From Bacilli bacterium (lineage in GTDB: Bacteria > Bacillota_I > Bacilli_A > RFN20 > CAG-826): a stretch of 64,000 nucleotides of DNA. The notes under the pieces are model-generated. The model had not been told where the DNA came from. It did no database searches and worked only from the letters and a program-made list of their open reading frames with translations. Positions 1-9,026 of the stretch are shown here, in pieces. The stretch's first letter is position 1; each line of letters starts with the position of its first letter. The position numbers and the translations under genes are program-made. The stretch is from assembly GCA_022641095.1 (NCBI GenBank), contig JALCDB010000002.1:62792-126791 (forward strand), given 5' to 3'.

Positions 1-904
1 TGAGGACCCCCTCCCCATGCTGCGGATGTCGATTGCGCCGAAAACGGCAGCGCAAAGAGAACGGCTGCTGGACGCTCTTACGCAACTTGCGGATACTGAC
101 CCGCTTTTGCGCTGCGAGGTGGATTCCATCACCCATGAGATCATTCTTTCTTTTTTGGGCCGGGTGCAGTTGGAGGTTGTTTCCGCTTTGCTGTCGGAAA
201 AATACAAGCTTGAAACAGTGGTAAAGGAACCCACCGTCATTTATATGGAGCGGCCGCTCAAAGCAGCCAGCCACACCATCCATATCGAGGTGCCGCCCAA
301 CCCGTTTTGGGCATCCATCGGACTGTCTGTTACACCACTCCCGCTTGGCTCCGGTGTACAATACGAGAGCCGGGTTTCGCTGGGATACTTGAACCAGAGT
401 TTTCAAAACGCTGTCAGGGATGGTATCCGTTACGGGCTGGAGCAGGGCTTGTTCGGCTGGAACGTAACGGACTGTAAGATTTGCTTTGAATACGGGCTTT
501 ATTACAGTCCGGTCAGCACGCCGGCGGACTTCCGCTCATTGGCCCCGATTGTATTGGAACAGGCATTGAAGGAATCAGGGACGCAACTGCTGGAACCTTA
601 TCTCTCCTTCACCCTCTATGCGCCCCGGGAATATCTTTCCAGGGCTTATCATGATGCACCGAAATACTGTGCCACCATCGAAACGGTCCAGGTAAAAAAG
701 GATGAAGTTGTCTTTACTGGCGAGATTCCCGCCCGCTGTATACAGGCATACCGTACTGATCTGGCCTTTTACACCAACGGGCAGAGCGTATGCCTTACAG
801 AACTGAAAGGGTATCAGGCCGCTGTCGGCAAGCCAGTCATCCAGCCCCGCCGTCCAAACAGCCGCCTGGACAAGGTGCGCTATATGTTTCAGAAGATAAT
901 GTAA
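1..904 (+). CDS. tet(W): Ribosomal-protection tetracycline resistance protein, Tet(W)-like; C-terminal ~295 aa only, 5' end lies outside the window
   Basis: Translation (…[35 protein letters not shown]…[15 protein letters not shown]) aligns colinearly with the C-terminal domains IV/V of TetM/TetO/TetW-family RPPs. The exact allele call (W vs O/32) is from memory of the family. Confidence 0.8.
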   Translation, partial: EDPLPMLRMSIAPKTAAQRERLLDALTQLADTDPLLRCEVDSITHEIILSFLGRVQLEVVSALLSEKYKLETVVKEPTVIYMERPLKAASHTIHIEVPPNPFWASIGLSVTPLPLGSGVQYESRVSLGYLNQSFQNAVRDGIRYGLEQGLFGWNVTDCKICFEYGLYYSPVSTPADFRSLAPIVLEQALKESGTQLLEPYLSFTLYAPREYLSRAYHDAPKYCATIETVQVKKDEVVFTGEIPARCIQAYRTDLAFYTNGQSVCLTELKGYQAAVGKPVIQPRRPNSRLDKVRYMFQKIM

Positions 905-935
905 CGTCTTGCGCAATCGATTTATCACGCACGCA

Positions 936-965
936 TAGACAAAACGGCTCTAAAAGTGCTATAAT
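936..965 (+). promoter_or_regulatory. Near-consensus sigma70-type promoter, TAGACA-18 nt-TATAAT, immediately downstream of the tet(W) stop and upstream of the HTH gene
   Basis: TAGACA at 936-941 and TATAAT at 960-965 with an 18-nt spacer. GGAG ribosome-binding site (RBS) and ATG at 992 follow. Confidence 0.4.
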
Positions 966-991
966 TCTGAATAACAACTACGGAGTTTAAT

Positions 992-1183
992 ATGGACTAC
1001 GCCCGACTAATCAAAGAACTGCGTTCAAAAATGCTTTTATCACAGATGGAGTTCGCTGAGTACCTTGGCGTTTCTTTTTCTGCAGTCAACAGATGGGAAA
1101 AAGGTCGCTATGAGCCAACCATAAAAACAAAGCGTAAGTTGAAAGAGCTTTTTATTAAATATGGATTGGTGGATCGAGACTAA
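992..1183 (+). CDS. XRE-family helix-turn-helix transcriptional regulator (63 aa)
   Basis: MLLSQMEFAEYLGVSFSAVNRWEKG is a classic Cro/CI-type HTH. An RBS precedes it. Confidence 0.7.
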   Translation: MDYARLIKELRSKMLLSQMEFAEYLGVSFSAVNRWEKGRYEPTIKTKRKLKELFIKYGLVDRD

Positions 1184-1184
1184 T

Positions 1185-1841
1185 ATGGACTATAAAAAAA
1201 TAACGGAAAATATAAAAAGCGGATTCACAAAGGATCAACTAAAAAGCTTAGATTTGATCACCGGGTTTGATTCGCTCAAGCTCGCCAATGGTGGCGATAA
1301 TGATGCAGAAGGATATCAGATTTTCACCCCCGCTTTTATCGTGAAAGATATGGTCAAAGCGATAGGGGAGAAAGACGTTTTTAATCCGGATAAAACAGTG
1401 CTCGAACCGACATCAGGTGATGGGGCGTTCACTACTTATATTTTATTAAGAAGATTAGAACGTGCGTTCAAGGAAGATAAAGATGAATTCGAGATCCAGG
1501 CACTAAAGTGCTTGTCTACCATCTATTCTATAGAGATGGATAAGGATCTAATTATCAAGCAAAGAAACAACATCCTGACTGTCTTCACGATATTTGGAAG
1601 GGATCATAAAATCGATTATAGCGATGGGTATCTTGATCTCGTCCGCTGCATGATCCTAACAAATTTTATGTGGGCTATGTTCAATGCGGATATTCCTGCA
1701 ACGTTCTTAATAGTCGAGGTGGCATATAAGATGCCAGAAGCAGAAAAAGGAAAAATGAAGTCGTTAGAATTCCCCGTCTGGGATATATCTGGCAACGGCG
1801 TCACATATCACATGGAAGGAGCGGAGATTAACTATGATTGA
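1185..1841 (+). CDS. Small MTase-fold protein with N6-adenine MTase motifs X and I but no canonical (D/N)PP(Y/F/W) motif
   Basis: FTPAFIVKDMV (motif X-like), LEPTSGDGAF (motif I), YSIEMD (motif II-like). The position expected for motif IV reads ILTNFMW. An alternative in-frame start lies at 1161. The gene overlaps the next one by 8 nt (ATGATTGA). Confidence 0.5.
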   Translation: MDYKKITENIKSGFTKDQLKSLDLITGFDSLKLANGGDNDAEGYQIFTPAFIVKDMVKAIGEKDVFNPDKTVLEPTSGDGAFTTYILLRRLERAFKEDKDEFEIQALKCLSTIYSIEMDKDLIIKQRNNILTVFTIFGRDHKIDYSDGYLDLVRCMILTNFMWAMFNADIPATFLIVEVAYKMPEAEKGKMKSLEFPVWDISGNGVTYHMEGAEINYD

Positions 1842-3567
1842 TAAAAAGAAGAATGATGCTCTTGAAGCCGAACAAACCTATAAAACAGCTGTTGAATCAG
1901 CTAATGACTACATTGAGAACTTCGATATTTTAGAAACCATCACAAATGTTGGTAACGACGAGGTTTTCACACCGAGAAAAACGTGTGATATGATGCTCGA
2001 TTCTCTCCCGGATGAAGTCTGGCATAACCCGAATTATAGATGGCTGAACCCGGCCACCAAAAATGGCATTTTTGAAAGGGAGATCGCAATAAGATTAGAC
2101 GAAGGTTTAAAAGATGTGATTCCGGATCAAGAAAAACGCAGAAAGCATATCTTACAGAACATGATTCATGCTATTGGTCAAACTAAATTTACGGCCAACG
2201 TAGCGAGAAGAACACTTTATTATTGTTCATCCGCAAATAGGGCTTGTGACGGAATACTAGCCGAAGATGGACACTACGTTAATGGATACGCGATTGGAAA
2301 CGGAACGTGGTTTGCTGATGAAGAAGGCAATATTAAAACACCATGTACTGATCATGAATTTGTCGATAGTGCGGGACGAAGAATGCCATCTACATGCAAG
2401 GGCGAGGAAAGAAAAAAATATAAATGTAAATATTGCGGCATCAGTGGAGTCTCAAACTATAACGATGCAAATCAAAGAGAAAAATATGCGTACGAATTAA
2501 TCCATATTAATCATTTGATAATTGGAAAGCACATGAGCAATAGATTCTTTGGAGGTAACAAAGATATGAAATTTGACATTATTATTGGTAATCCACCTTA
2601 TCAACTTAACGATGGCGGTGCACAAGCCTCGGCCAAACCTATTTATCAGCTGTTCGTAGATCAAGCAAAAGCTTTAAATCCACATTATCTATGCATGATT
2701 ATTCCTTCTAGATGGATGGCTGGAGGAAAGGGCTTAGATGACTTCAGAGCATCAATGCTAAAAGATAGGCACATTCGAGTATTACACGACTATACTGATG
2801 CTAAAGAATGCTTCCCAAATAATGAAATAAAAGGCGGAGTTTGTTACTTCCTCTGGAACGGAAAAGAAGAAGGAAAGTGCAAAATTTATAAACATACTGA
2901 TGGCACCATTTCAACAAGCACGAGATATCTCAAAGAGGATGGTGTTGATGTTTTTATTCGTGATGAAAGACTGATTGAAATTTTAAATAAGGTTAAAGCC
3001 AAAAAGTTCAAATCTTTCATGGATATCGTATCGCCAAGAAAACCGTTCGGTTTAGCAGGTGATTTCTTTAAGGATCCAAAGAAATATGATCTCCCACCTA
3101 TTAGTGATAAAAAAATCGAAGGGGGAATAACAATCTGTGGTCTTGATGAACATTTACAAAGAGTAAAAAGATATGTTCCACAGGATTATCCACTCCCTAA
3201 AAAAACCTATTTGCATGGATACAAAATGTTTATGGCTAGAAACCAAGGAAGTGGCACATTCGGAGAACCTTTCTCTGTTCCAATGTTTGCATACGACAAT
3301 GAAATATGTACAGAAACTTTTATTGTTATAGGCACATTTAAAACTGAACAAGAGATGAAAAACTGTTATTCCTATATCAAAACTAAGTTTTTTAGAGCTC
3401 TAGTTGGCATCCGAAAATTAGATCAAAACGCATCTCAAAGCATATATGAATATGCTCCGTTGCTTGATTTTACTAAGCCGTGGAATGATAAAGAACTTTA
3501 TGCAATGTTCGGACTTAGCGATGATGACATCAAATTTATTGAAGAGAACGTTCAGGAGATGAATTGA
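1834..3567 (+). CDS. Gamma-class N6-adenine DNA methyltransferase (577 aa) with a Cys-rich insertion and a C-terminal target-recognition region
   Basis: EVFTPRKTCDMMLD (motif X), LNPATKNGIF (motif I-like), DIIIGNPPYQ (motif IV), then LCMIIPSRWMAGG as in TaqI/Eco57I-like MTases. GGAGG RBS upstream. Confidence 0.7.
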   Translation: MIDKKKNDALEAEQTYKTAVESANDYIENFDILETITNVGNDEVFTPRKTCDMMLDSLPDEVWHNPNYRWLNPATKNGIFEREIAIRLDEGLKDVIPDQEKRRKHILQNMIHAIGQTKFTANVARRTLYYCSSANRACDGILAEDGHYVNGYAIGNGTWFADEEGNIKTPCTDHEFVDSAGRRMPSTCKGEERKKYKCKYCGISGVSNYNDANQREKYAYELIHINHLIIGKHMSNRFFGGNKDMKFDIIIGNPPYQLNDGGAQASAKPIYQLFVDQAKALNPHYLCMIIPSRWMAGGKGLDDFRASMLKDRHIRVLHDYTDAKECFPNNEIKGGVCYFLWNGKEEGKCKIYKHTDGTISTSTRYLKEDGVDVFIRDERLIEILNKVKAKKFKSFMDIVSPRKPFGLAGDFFKDPKKYDLPPISDKKIEGGITICGLDEHLQRVKRYVPQDYPLPKKTYLHGYKMFMARNQGSGTFGEPFSVPMFAYDNEICTETFIVIGTFKTEQEMKNCYSYIKTKFFRALVGIRKLDQNASQSIYEYAPLLDFTKPWNDKELYAMFGLSDDDIKFIEENVQEMN

Positions 3568-3568
3568 T

Positions 3569-6500
3569 ATGAAGGTAGATGTCTATAGATCAACTGAGAT
3601 CAACACTTCTGATAGCGTTAAGATATCTGGCAAGACCAGACAGTTCTTCCTTGACGAAGCAAACGACACCGATCAAGATCTCATTCTCCTATATATGTAT
3701 ATATTGCCTTCCTTCCAGGGCCATGGCGTCAAGGTTGGCATGGCAAAATGCAGACCAGAAGAAACTTTCTGGCACGGCATTAAAGCCAGGATCGCGGAGC
3801 AAAAGCACGAGCTTGCTTTAACTGACGACCAATACAGCAAATATGGCCTCAAACGCGAGGTCGTTTACTGGGGCGTCTGCGTTGATGCCCACAATGAATC
3901 GTTTAAGGATTATCACGTCCACGATGAGATCATGCACAACTGTGCTGGGCTCGCCGAGAAAGAGCAGGAGTGGTTCCAGAACGTTCCTACTGAAGAACTA
4001 ATATCCGCCTTCGAAGCATGCAGAAAAAACGATGTTTCAAAGGATATTTACACGCCTAGAAAAGAACAGGCTAAGGTGATCGAGGATCTGAAGGAGTACT
4101 TCGGCAAATATCCAACCGGTCACAGGTTCCTTTTGAACTGCAAGATGAGGTTCGGGAAATCCTTCACGACCTACAAATATTGTGAGGAAGCCGGTCTCAA
4201 TAAGATCTTGATCTTAACGTTCATTCCGGCGGTTGAGTCCTCTTGGAGAGACGATCTCTGCCATATCAAGAAGGAATATAAGTATTTCACCGACTTCAAT
4301 CTCAGAAAGCCCACGTTCGATCTAAAATCGCACACTGAGCCCTATGTAGTGTTTTTGTCGTTGCAGAACTACTTAGGCAGGGATAGCCAAAGTGCCGATG
4401 TCAAAGCCAAGATCAAGAAACTGCAGGACGTTGATTTCGATCTAGTCGTTCTTGATGAATACCATTTCGGTGCCTGGAACACCAGAACCCAGGACACTTT
4501 CGAGGACCTTGATAAAGATTATCAAAAGAACCTGAAGGACACTAAGGACGTCATCGCCAAGTTTGCGATCAAGACGAAGAAGACGATCTGCCTATCCGGA
4601 ACGCCATTCAGAGCATTGGCCCGCGGCGAATTCAACAACGAGTCCAGCTCGACTTACTCATATTTCGATGAGCAAAGGAACAAATATCCGAAGAGCGAAG
4701 AAAACGACTTCACAGTGGTGGATCCTAAGTATGCCGAATTCCCGGATATGAAGATATTCGGCTATAACATGACGAAGCTATTCGGCAACCTAACCTCCAG
4801 CGTTTTCTCCGATGACAAGATGCTCGGAAACAAATATTTTTCATTGAATAAGTTCTTCGAGACCAAGAAGGACGTCAACTATAACGAGGATTACGTCTTC
4901 ATTTATGAAGAAGAAATAAAACAGTGGCTGGAAATCATCAAGGGTGCCTCTATCCACGGCGACAAATTCCCTTATTCCAACCCTAAGATGAAGCAGAATA
5001 ACAAGCACACCCTTTGGCTCATGCCTACGGTTAGTTCCTGTATAGCGATGGCCAGGTTGCTGAAAGCCGATGATTATTTCTGCAAATATCAAATCATCAA
5101 TCTATCGGACAAAAGCGTGGGGTCCGGAACGGATGCCTATGATTTCTTGATGGATAACATCCAAGCGGCAAAGAACACGAATAAACTCGGGAGCATAGCG
5201 ATCACGGTCAACAAACTGACGATCGGTGTAACGGTGAAGGAGTGGTTCAGTATCTTCGTTTTGAAGGATCTATCCAGCCCGGAATCCTATTTCCAAGCCA
5301 TCTTCAGAATCCAGACGCCATTCAAGAAAAACGGCCAAATTCTCAAAGAGAGTGGTTATGTTTACGACTTCAATATCGACAGGGCCGCTGCCTTGTTATT
5401 GAAATACGCCGAAGAGAGCTCAAGGGACACGAACTATACGAAGCTACAAATTGCTAGATTGATCGTTAAGTACCTGCCTATCTTCGTCAATGGCGACATG
5501 AGTCATCCGATTTCTGACAAGGTCTTCTATGAACTCGCCGAATATGGCGATGCCAGCGGCGTGCCGCTTTCAAGAAAGATCACAGACACTTCAAAAACCA
5601 CAAGGATGATGGATGACGAGGTGATTGCAGAGATGCTTAACGATAAAGAAGTAAGCGAGATCATTAAGCACGTCTTTGCTCATGCGAAATTTGGAAAAAC
5701 AAAAACACGCACAATCCCTCCTAAACCAGAAGACGGATTCCAGACCAAGATCGCCAAGGAAGGCCGCGACAAAGGCTATGCCTTAGGCTTGGAGGATTCC
5801 AAAAAATACGTTGACTTGGACGACAACGAAGTCCAGGCCGCTTTCGAGAAAGCAATCGAGGATTACGTGCTCGAGTATTGCTCCAAAGACTATGATGAAA
5901 ACCAGGTCATCTGGTATACGAACGGCTTCAAGAAAGGATACGAAGGCGGTGTCAACGCCCCGATCAAGAAGATTCAATGCGGAAAAGATGACGGCGTTAA
6001 GTTCGTGGATCAAGTCAAAGGCAAATTCGGACCTAATATCAAATATACGGAGGCTACGAAGCAGCAGATTGAGAACTTCGTCAAAGCCTATCTTAACGAT
6101 ATAAACAACATCCCTAAGGAATATAGGGGAATGCTCTACAAACGCTGGTATTGCGAGTCCTTTAGAAAAGCGGTAAGAAACGTCTTAACCCCGGTAGTGG
6201 ACAGCAAAGATAAGAATTCCGTTGAAGATGCCGATAATGTTATGAAGCATATCTTGGCCAGGCTGTTTGAATTCCTTTATATCTCCGTTTACAGAGAAAC
6301 AACCTTCCAGGAGATCTTCAGTAATGCTGACCCTAACGTTTTCTTAGAGGCTGTCGGTATCACGAAGAAGGACTTCGAGGTTTTGAATAAATATCACATC
6401 TTCCAAGAAGACGTTCTAAATAACTACATCCATGATTTCTTTGTTAACGAATCACTCGGATCAAAACTAGATCTCAATGACGCCAAGATCAAAGCCCAGT

Positions 6501-6907
6501 ACAGAAACAGCTTTGACTGGTTTGGCTTTGGTGTTGATGATGAAGGGGAAATCCATGTGGATGAGAATGTCGGAACTCAGATCATCAAAGATGAAGAACC
6601 CGAAAATGATGAGCAAGATATTGTCGAATCCGAGGTCGCTCCTGAATCTGAATCGATTATGGAAGAGGCCGCTGCAGAACCCGAACCAGAACCCGAGCCC
6701 GATCCGGAAATCGCTCCTGTTCCTGAACCAGTTAAAAAGGATCCGGTCGAACAGATAGAGGAATTGCTCCGAAAGAATCCTAAAGGAATGAAATCCGGCA
6801 AGATCGCCGAGCTTTTAGGCGTTAGCAAACGCGATATTAATAAGATCATGTACGCCAATAAAGACAAGTTTACGGTTGATTTTTTCTTCAATTGGAAACT
6901 TAAATAG
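3569..6907 (+). CDS. 1112-aa multidomain protein: N-terminal T5orf172/GIY-YIG-like domain, SNF2/SF2 helicase core, acidic PE-repeat linker, C-terminal HTH
   Basis: N-terminal LYMYILPSFQGHGVKVGMAK parallels the T5orf172 signature of the next gene. RFGKSFT (motif I), VLDEYH (DExH), LSGTPF (motif III), QAIFRIQT (degenerate motif VI). EPEPEPEPDPEIAPVPEP linker. C-terminal KSGKIAELLGVSKRDINKIMY. Confidence 0.65.
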   Translation: MKVDVYRSTEINTSDSVKISGKTRQFFLDEANDTDQDLILLYMYILPSFQGHGVKVGMAKCRPEETFWHGIKARIAEQKHELALTDDQYSKYGLKREVVYWGVCVDAHNESFKDYHVHDEIMHNCAGLAEKEQEWFQNVPTEELISAFEACRKNDVSKDIYTPRKEQAKVIEDLKEYFGKYPTGHRFLLNCKMRFGKSFTTYKYCEEAGLNKILILTFIPAVESSWRDDLCHIKKEYKYFTDFNLRKPTFDLKSHTEPYVVFLSLQNYLGRDSQSADVKAKIKKLQDVDFDLVVLDEYHFGAWNTRTQDTFEDLDKDYQKNLKDTKDVIAKFAIKTKKTICLSGTPFRALARGEFNNESSSTYSYFDEQRNKYPKSEENDFTVVDPKYAEFPDMKIFGYNMTKLFGNLTSSVFSDDKMLGNKYFSLNKFFETKKDVNYNEDYVFIYEEEIKQWLEIIKGASIHGDKFPYSNPKMKQNNKHTLWLMPTVSSCIAMARLLKADDYFCKYQIINLSDKSVGSGTDAYDFLMDNIQAAKNTNKLGSIAITVNKLTIGVTVKEWFSIFVLKDLSSPESYFQAIFRIQTPFKKNGQILKESGYVYDFNIDRAAALLLKYAEESSRDTNYTKLQIARLIVKYLPIFVNGDMSHPISDKVFYELAEYGDASGVPLSRKITDTSKTTRMMDDEVIAEMLNDKEVSEIIKHVFAHAKFGKTKTRTIPPKPEDGFQTKIAKEGRDKGYALGLEDSKKYVDLDDNEVQAAFEKAIEDYVLEYCSKDYDENQVIWYTNGFKKGYEGGVNAPIKKIQCGKDDGVKFVDQVKGKFGPNIKYTEATKQQIENFVKAYLNDINNIPKEYRGMLYKRWYCESFRKAVRNVLTPVVDSKDKNSVEDADNVMKHILARLFEFLYISVYRETTFQEIFSNADPNVFLEAVGITKKDFEVLNKYHIFQEDVLNNYIHDFFVNESLGSKLDLNDAKIKAQYRNSFDWFGFGVDDEGEIHVDENVGTQIIKDEEPENDEQDIVESEVAPESESIMEEAAAEPEPEPEPDPEIAPVPEPVKKDPVEQIEELLRKNPKGMKSGKIAELLGVSKRDINKIMYANKDKFTVDFFFNWKLK

Positions 6908-6916
6908 GTGACGAAT

Positions 6917-7579
6917 ATGGAACAAGAGAACTTTGGATATATTTATATTCTTACAAACCCGTCATTCCCGGATTACGTGAAGATCGGATACGCGGATGAC
7001 GTCAAATCGAGAGTGGAGCAGCTCAACAGAAGCGAGTGCACCCCATTCGCCTTTAGGATCTACGCCACGTATAAAGTGAGTGATCGCCTTAAAGACATCC
7101 CGGTCCATCAATTGATCGACATACTTAATCCGAGCTTGCGAAGCAAGGATGAAGTGGACGGGAAGCTTAGGGTGCGTGAATTCTATGCCATGCTCCCAGA
7201 GGAAGCATATTCGCTCCTCGAGAAGATTGCCAAGATCAACGGGTTAGAAAAGAACCTGGTCCTTTATAAGAAGACTAAGGCTGACGAGGCAGATGAGAAG
7301 GCCGCCGATAAGATCAGCCAATTAAGCAAGAATCGCCATCATTTCAGGGATTGCGAGTTTTCATCGAGCCTGACTGGGCACACATATATAGGCAAGACGG
7401 GCGATAACGGCACGCTTTGCATCATTGATAAACAAACAGGAGAGGAAGTTCCTAACAATTCCAAGCCTTCGAAAAAGGCTATTGTTAAGCAGGCAGTGGT
7501 GGACCTTGGCGGATCCGCCGATGGCCACGACACCCTCTATCAGCTGTACCATCAACTGACCAAGATCCTGGGGAAGTAG
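6917..7579 (+). CDS. T5orf172 (GIY-YIG superfamily-like, MUG113) domain protein (~220 aa)
   Basis: GYIYILTNPSFPDYVKIGYADDVKSRVEQLN matches the T5orf172 signature. The ORF track starts at a GTG at 6908; the ATG at 6917 has a GGTGA RBS. Confidence 0.6.
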   Translation: MEQENFGYIYILTNPSFPDYVKIGYADDVKSRVEQLNRSECTPFAFRIYATYKVSDRLKDIPVHQLIDILNPSLRSKDEVDGKLRVREFYAMLPEEAYSLLEKIAKINGLEKNLVLYKKTKADEADEKAADKISQLSKNRHHFRDCEFSSSLTGHTYIGKTGDNGTLCIIDKQTGEEVPNNSKPSKKAIVKQAVVDLGGSADGHDTLYQLYHQLTKILGK

Positions 7580-7592
7580 GAAGTGAATATTG

Positions 7593-8591
7593 ATGACCCC
7601 ATTAAACTACTCTCGCTTTTCACACATATTCTTCGATCACGCCATTTATAAGGATGTGACCGCTGTTTGCCGTGCGTTAATCGGAACTTTAGTCAACAAT
7701 GGGAATATAGAAAACTCGAGAGGCGAGATCTATACGATAAACAGCCAAGTAGCTAAGGAGTTCTACGATGGGACAGCCAGCATATATCCGGAATTAGCGT
7801 CCGGTGCTGATTATGTCCTTAGCAAGGATGAAGAATCCGACTCCATGTGCGAGATGATCCTCGAAGATAATGTCGCCGTTGCCCAGAGAAATGGCCTTTT
7901 TGATGACCTTCTCGAAGCCATTAAAGACGATGGTTTAATGAATGCTAGAACAAAGGCTGAGATGATCGGCTTATATGACGCCAAGGAATACGTGAAATTC
8001 TTTAGAGCGGCTTTCGCCTATGCCATGTCCACGGAGAACAAAACGGCTGCAAAAAAGGCGAAAAGAAAGGCACCATCAACTTTAAGTGAAAGAGTGGATG
8101 CGATCAAAGAGATGCTTGAAGAACTAAGACTTAAAAAGCCCGTTTTAATCGTGATTCCAGATGATCTGGAAGATAACGAAGTTATCTATGCAAGCGAGCT
8201 TTTTAAGGCTTACTCAGAGGATGCCATGGTGGCTTTCGCAACGAAGTCTGACCTTGTCGCCTATCCGAAATATGCCCGTGATTTTGAAAGGCAGAGAAAA
8301 GATTTCTATGCTGCCGAATCAATCAGGGTCGGGTTAAGGGACTGCCAATTGGAAGACAGCAACTTTGATGAGCTCAAAAAAGAAATAAATGACGGCGTGG
8401 AAATGACAGCCAGTGCTTTGTATAGTTCCGGCCTTGAAAAGATAAGATCGGTAATGGATAAGGCGGTCACCGTCCCGCTCTCATCTTTGCTGGCTTTGAT
8501 ACCTTCATGGATCGGGCCTTCAGAGAGAAAAGGCGTGGTTCACATGCTCGTCAATGACGGAAAGATAAAATGGGTGGACGAAGATGAATAA
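7593..8591 (+). CDS. Hypothetical 332-aa protein, first gene of a three-gene cassette (LmuA-position, no recognisable catalytic motif)
   Basis: ORF is coupled by an 8-nt overlap to the next gene. No motif recognised by eye. Confidence 0.4.
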   Translation: MTPLNYSRFSHIFFDHAIYKDVTAVCRALIGTLVNNGNIENSRGEIYTINSQVAKEFYDGTASIYPELASGADYVLSKDEESDSMCEMILEDNVAVAQRNGLFDDLLEAIKDDGLMNARTKAEMIGLYDAKEYVKFFRAAFAYAMSTENKTAAKKAKRKAPSTLSERVDAIKEMLEELRLKKPVLIVIPDDLEDNEVIYASELFKAYSEDAMVAFATKSDLVAYPKYARDFERQRKDFYAAESIRVGLRDCQLEDSNFDELKKEINDGVEMTASALYSSGLEKIRSVMDKAVTVPLSSLLALIPSWIGPSERKGVVHMLVNDGKIKWVDEDE

Positions 8592-9024
8592 GTTATATAA
8601 CTCCTCGTTTGAAATGGAACTAAGGACGCTCATGGTCCTTTATATCAGCCCTCTCGAATCCATGTCAGCAGACCAGATCTACTCGTTCGATTTCATCTGC
8701 TGCTACGGGGAGGATTTCGAAGTATCAGAAAATAACCTTCACGGGGACTCCGCGTATAAGTTTGGAGAACTGGCCCTGAGGAAGAGCGTGATCAACGATG
8801 CGGTCAAGGATCTGGTCGTCCGCGGTATGATCGATGTGGTCACCGGAGACGGCTTCAAATACAAGATCAACGATCGCGGGATCGAATTCATATCATCGCT
8901 GGATAACCAATATTCAGATTTATATACAAAGATCGCAGGCGATGCATTCACCAAATATGGGAAGCTCACCGAGCAAGAACTGCTAGCGATCATAAACAAA
9001 GCGGCAATGGGGAGGAATAAGTAA
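8584..9024 (+). CDS. Hypothetical 146-aa protein (middle gene of the cassette, LmuC-position)
   Basis: Translationally coupled on both sides (8591/8584 overlap; 9024/9027). Confidence 0.4.
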   Translation: MNKLYNSSFEMELRTLMVLYISPLESMSADQIYSFDFICCYGEDFEVSENNLHGDSAYKFGELALRKSVINDAVKDLVVRGMIDVVTGDGFKYKINDRGIEFISSLDNQYSDLYTKIAGDAFTKYGKLTEQELLAIINKAAMGRNK

Positions 9025-9026
9025 GT

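Noticed and set aside
575-928. Minus-strand 117-aa ORF overlapping the end of tet(W)
   Set aside because: It lies fully antisense within the well-supported tet(W) coding sequence and has no RBS or motif.
1161-3567. Possibility that the two MTase-fold ORFs are one gene broken by a frameshift
   Set aside because: The second ORF has its own strong GGAGG RBS and begins with a complete N-terminal motif X/I region of its own. The 8-nt ATGATTGA overlap is a typical coupled-gene junction, not a mid-domain break.
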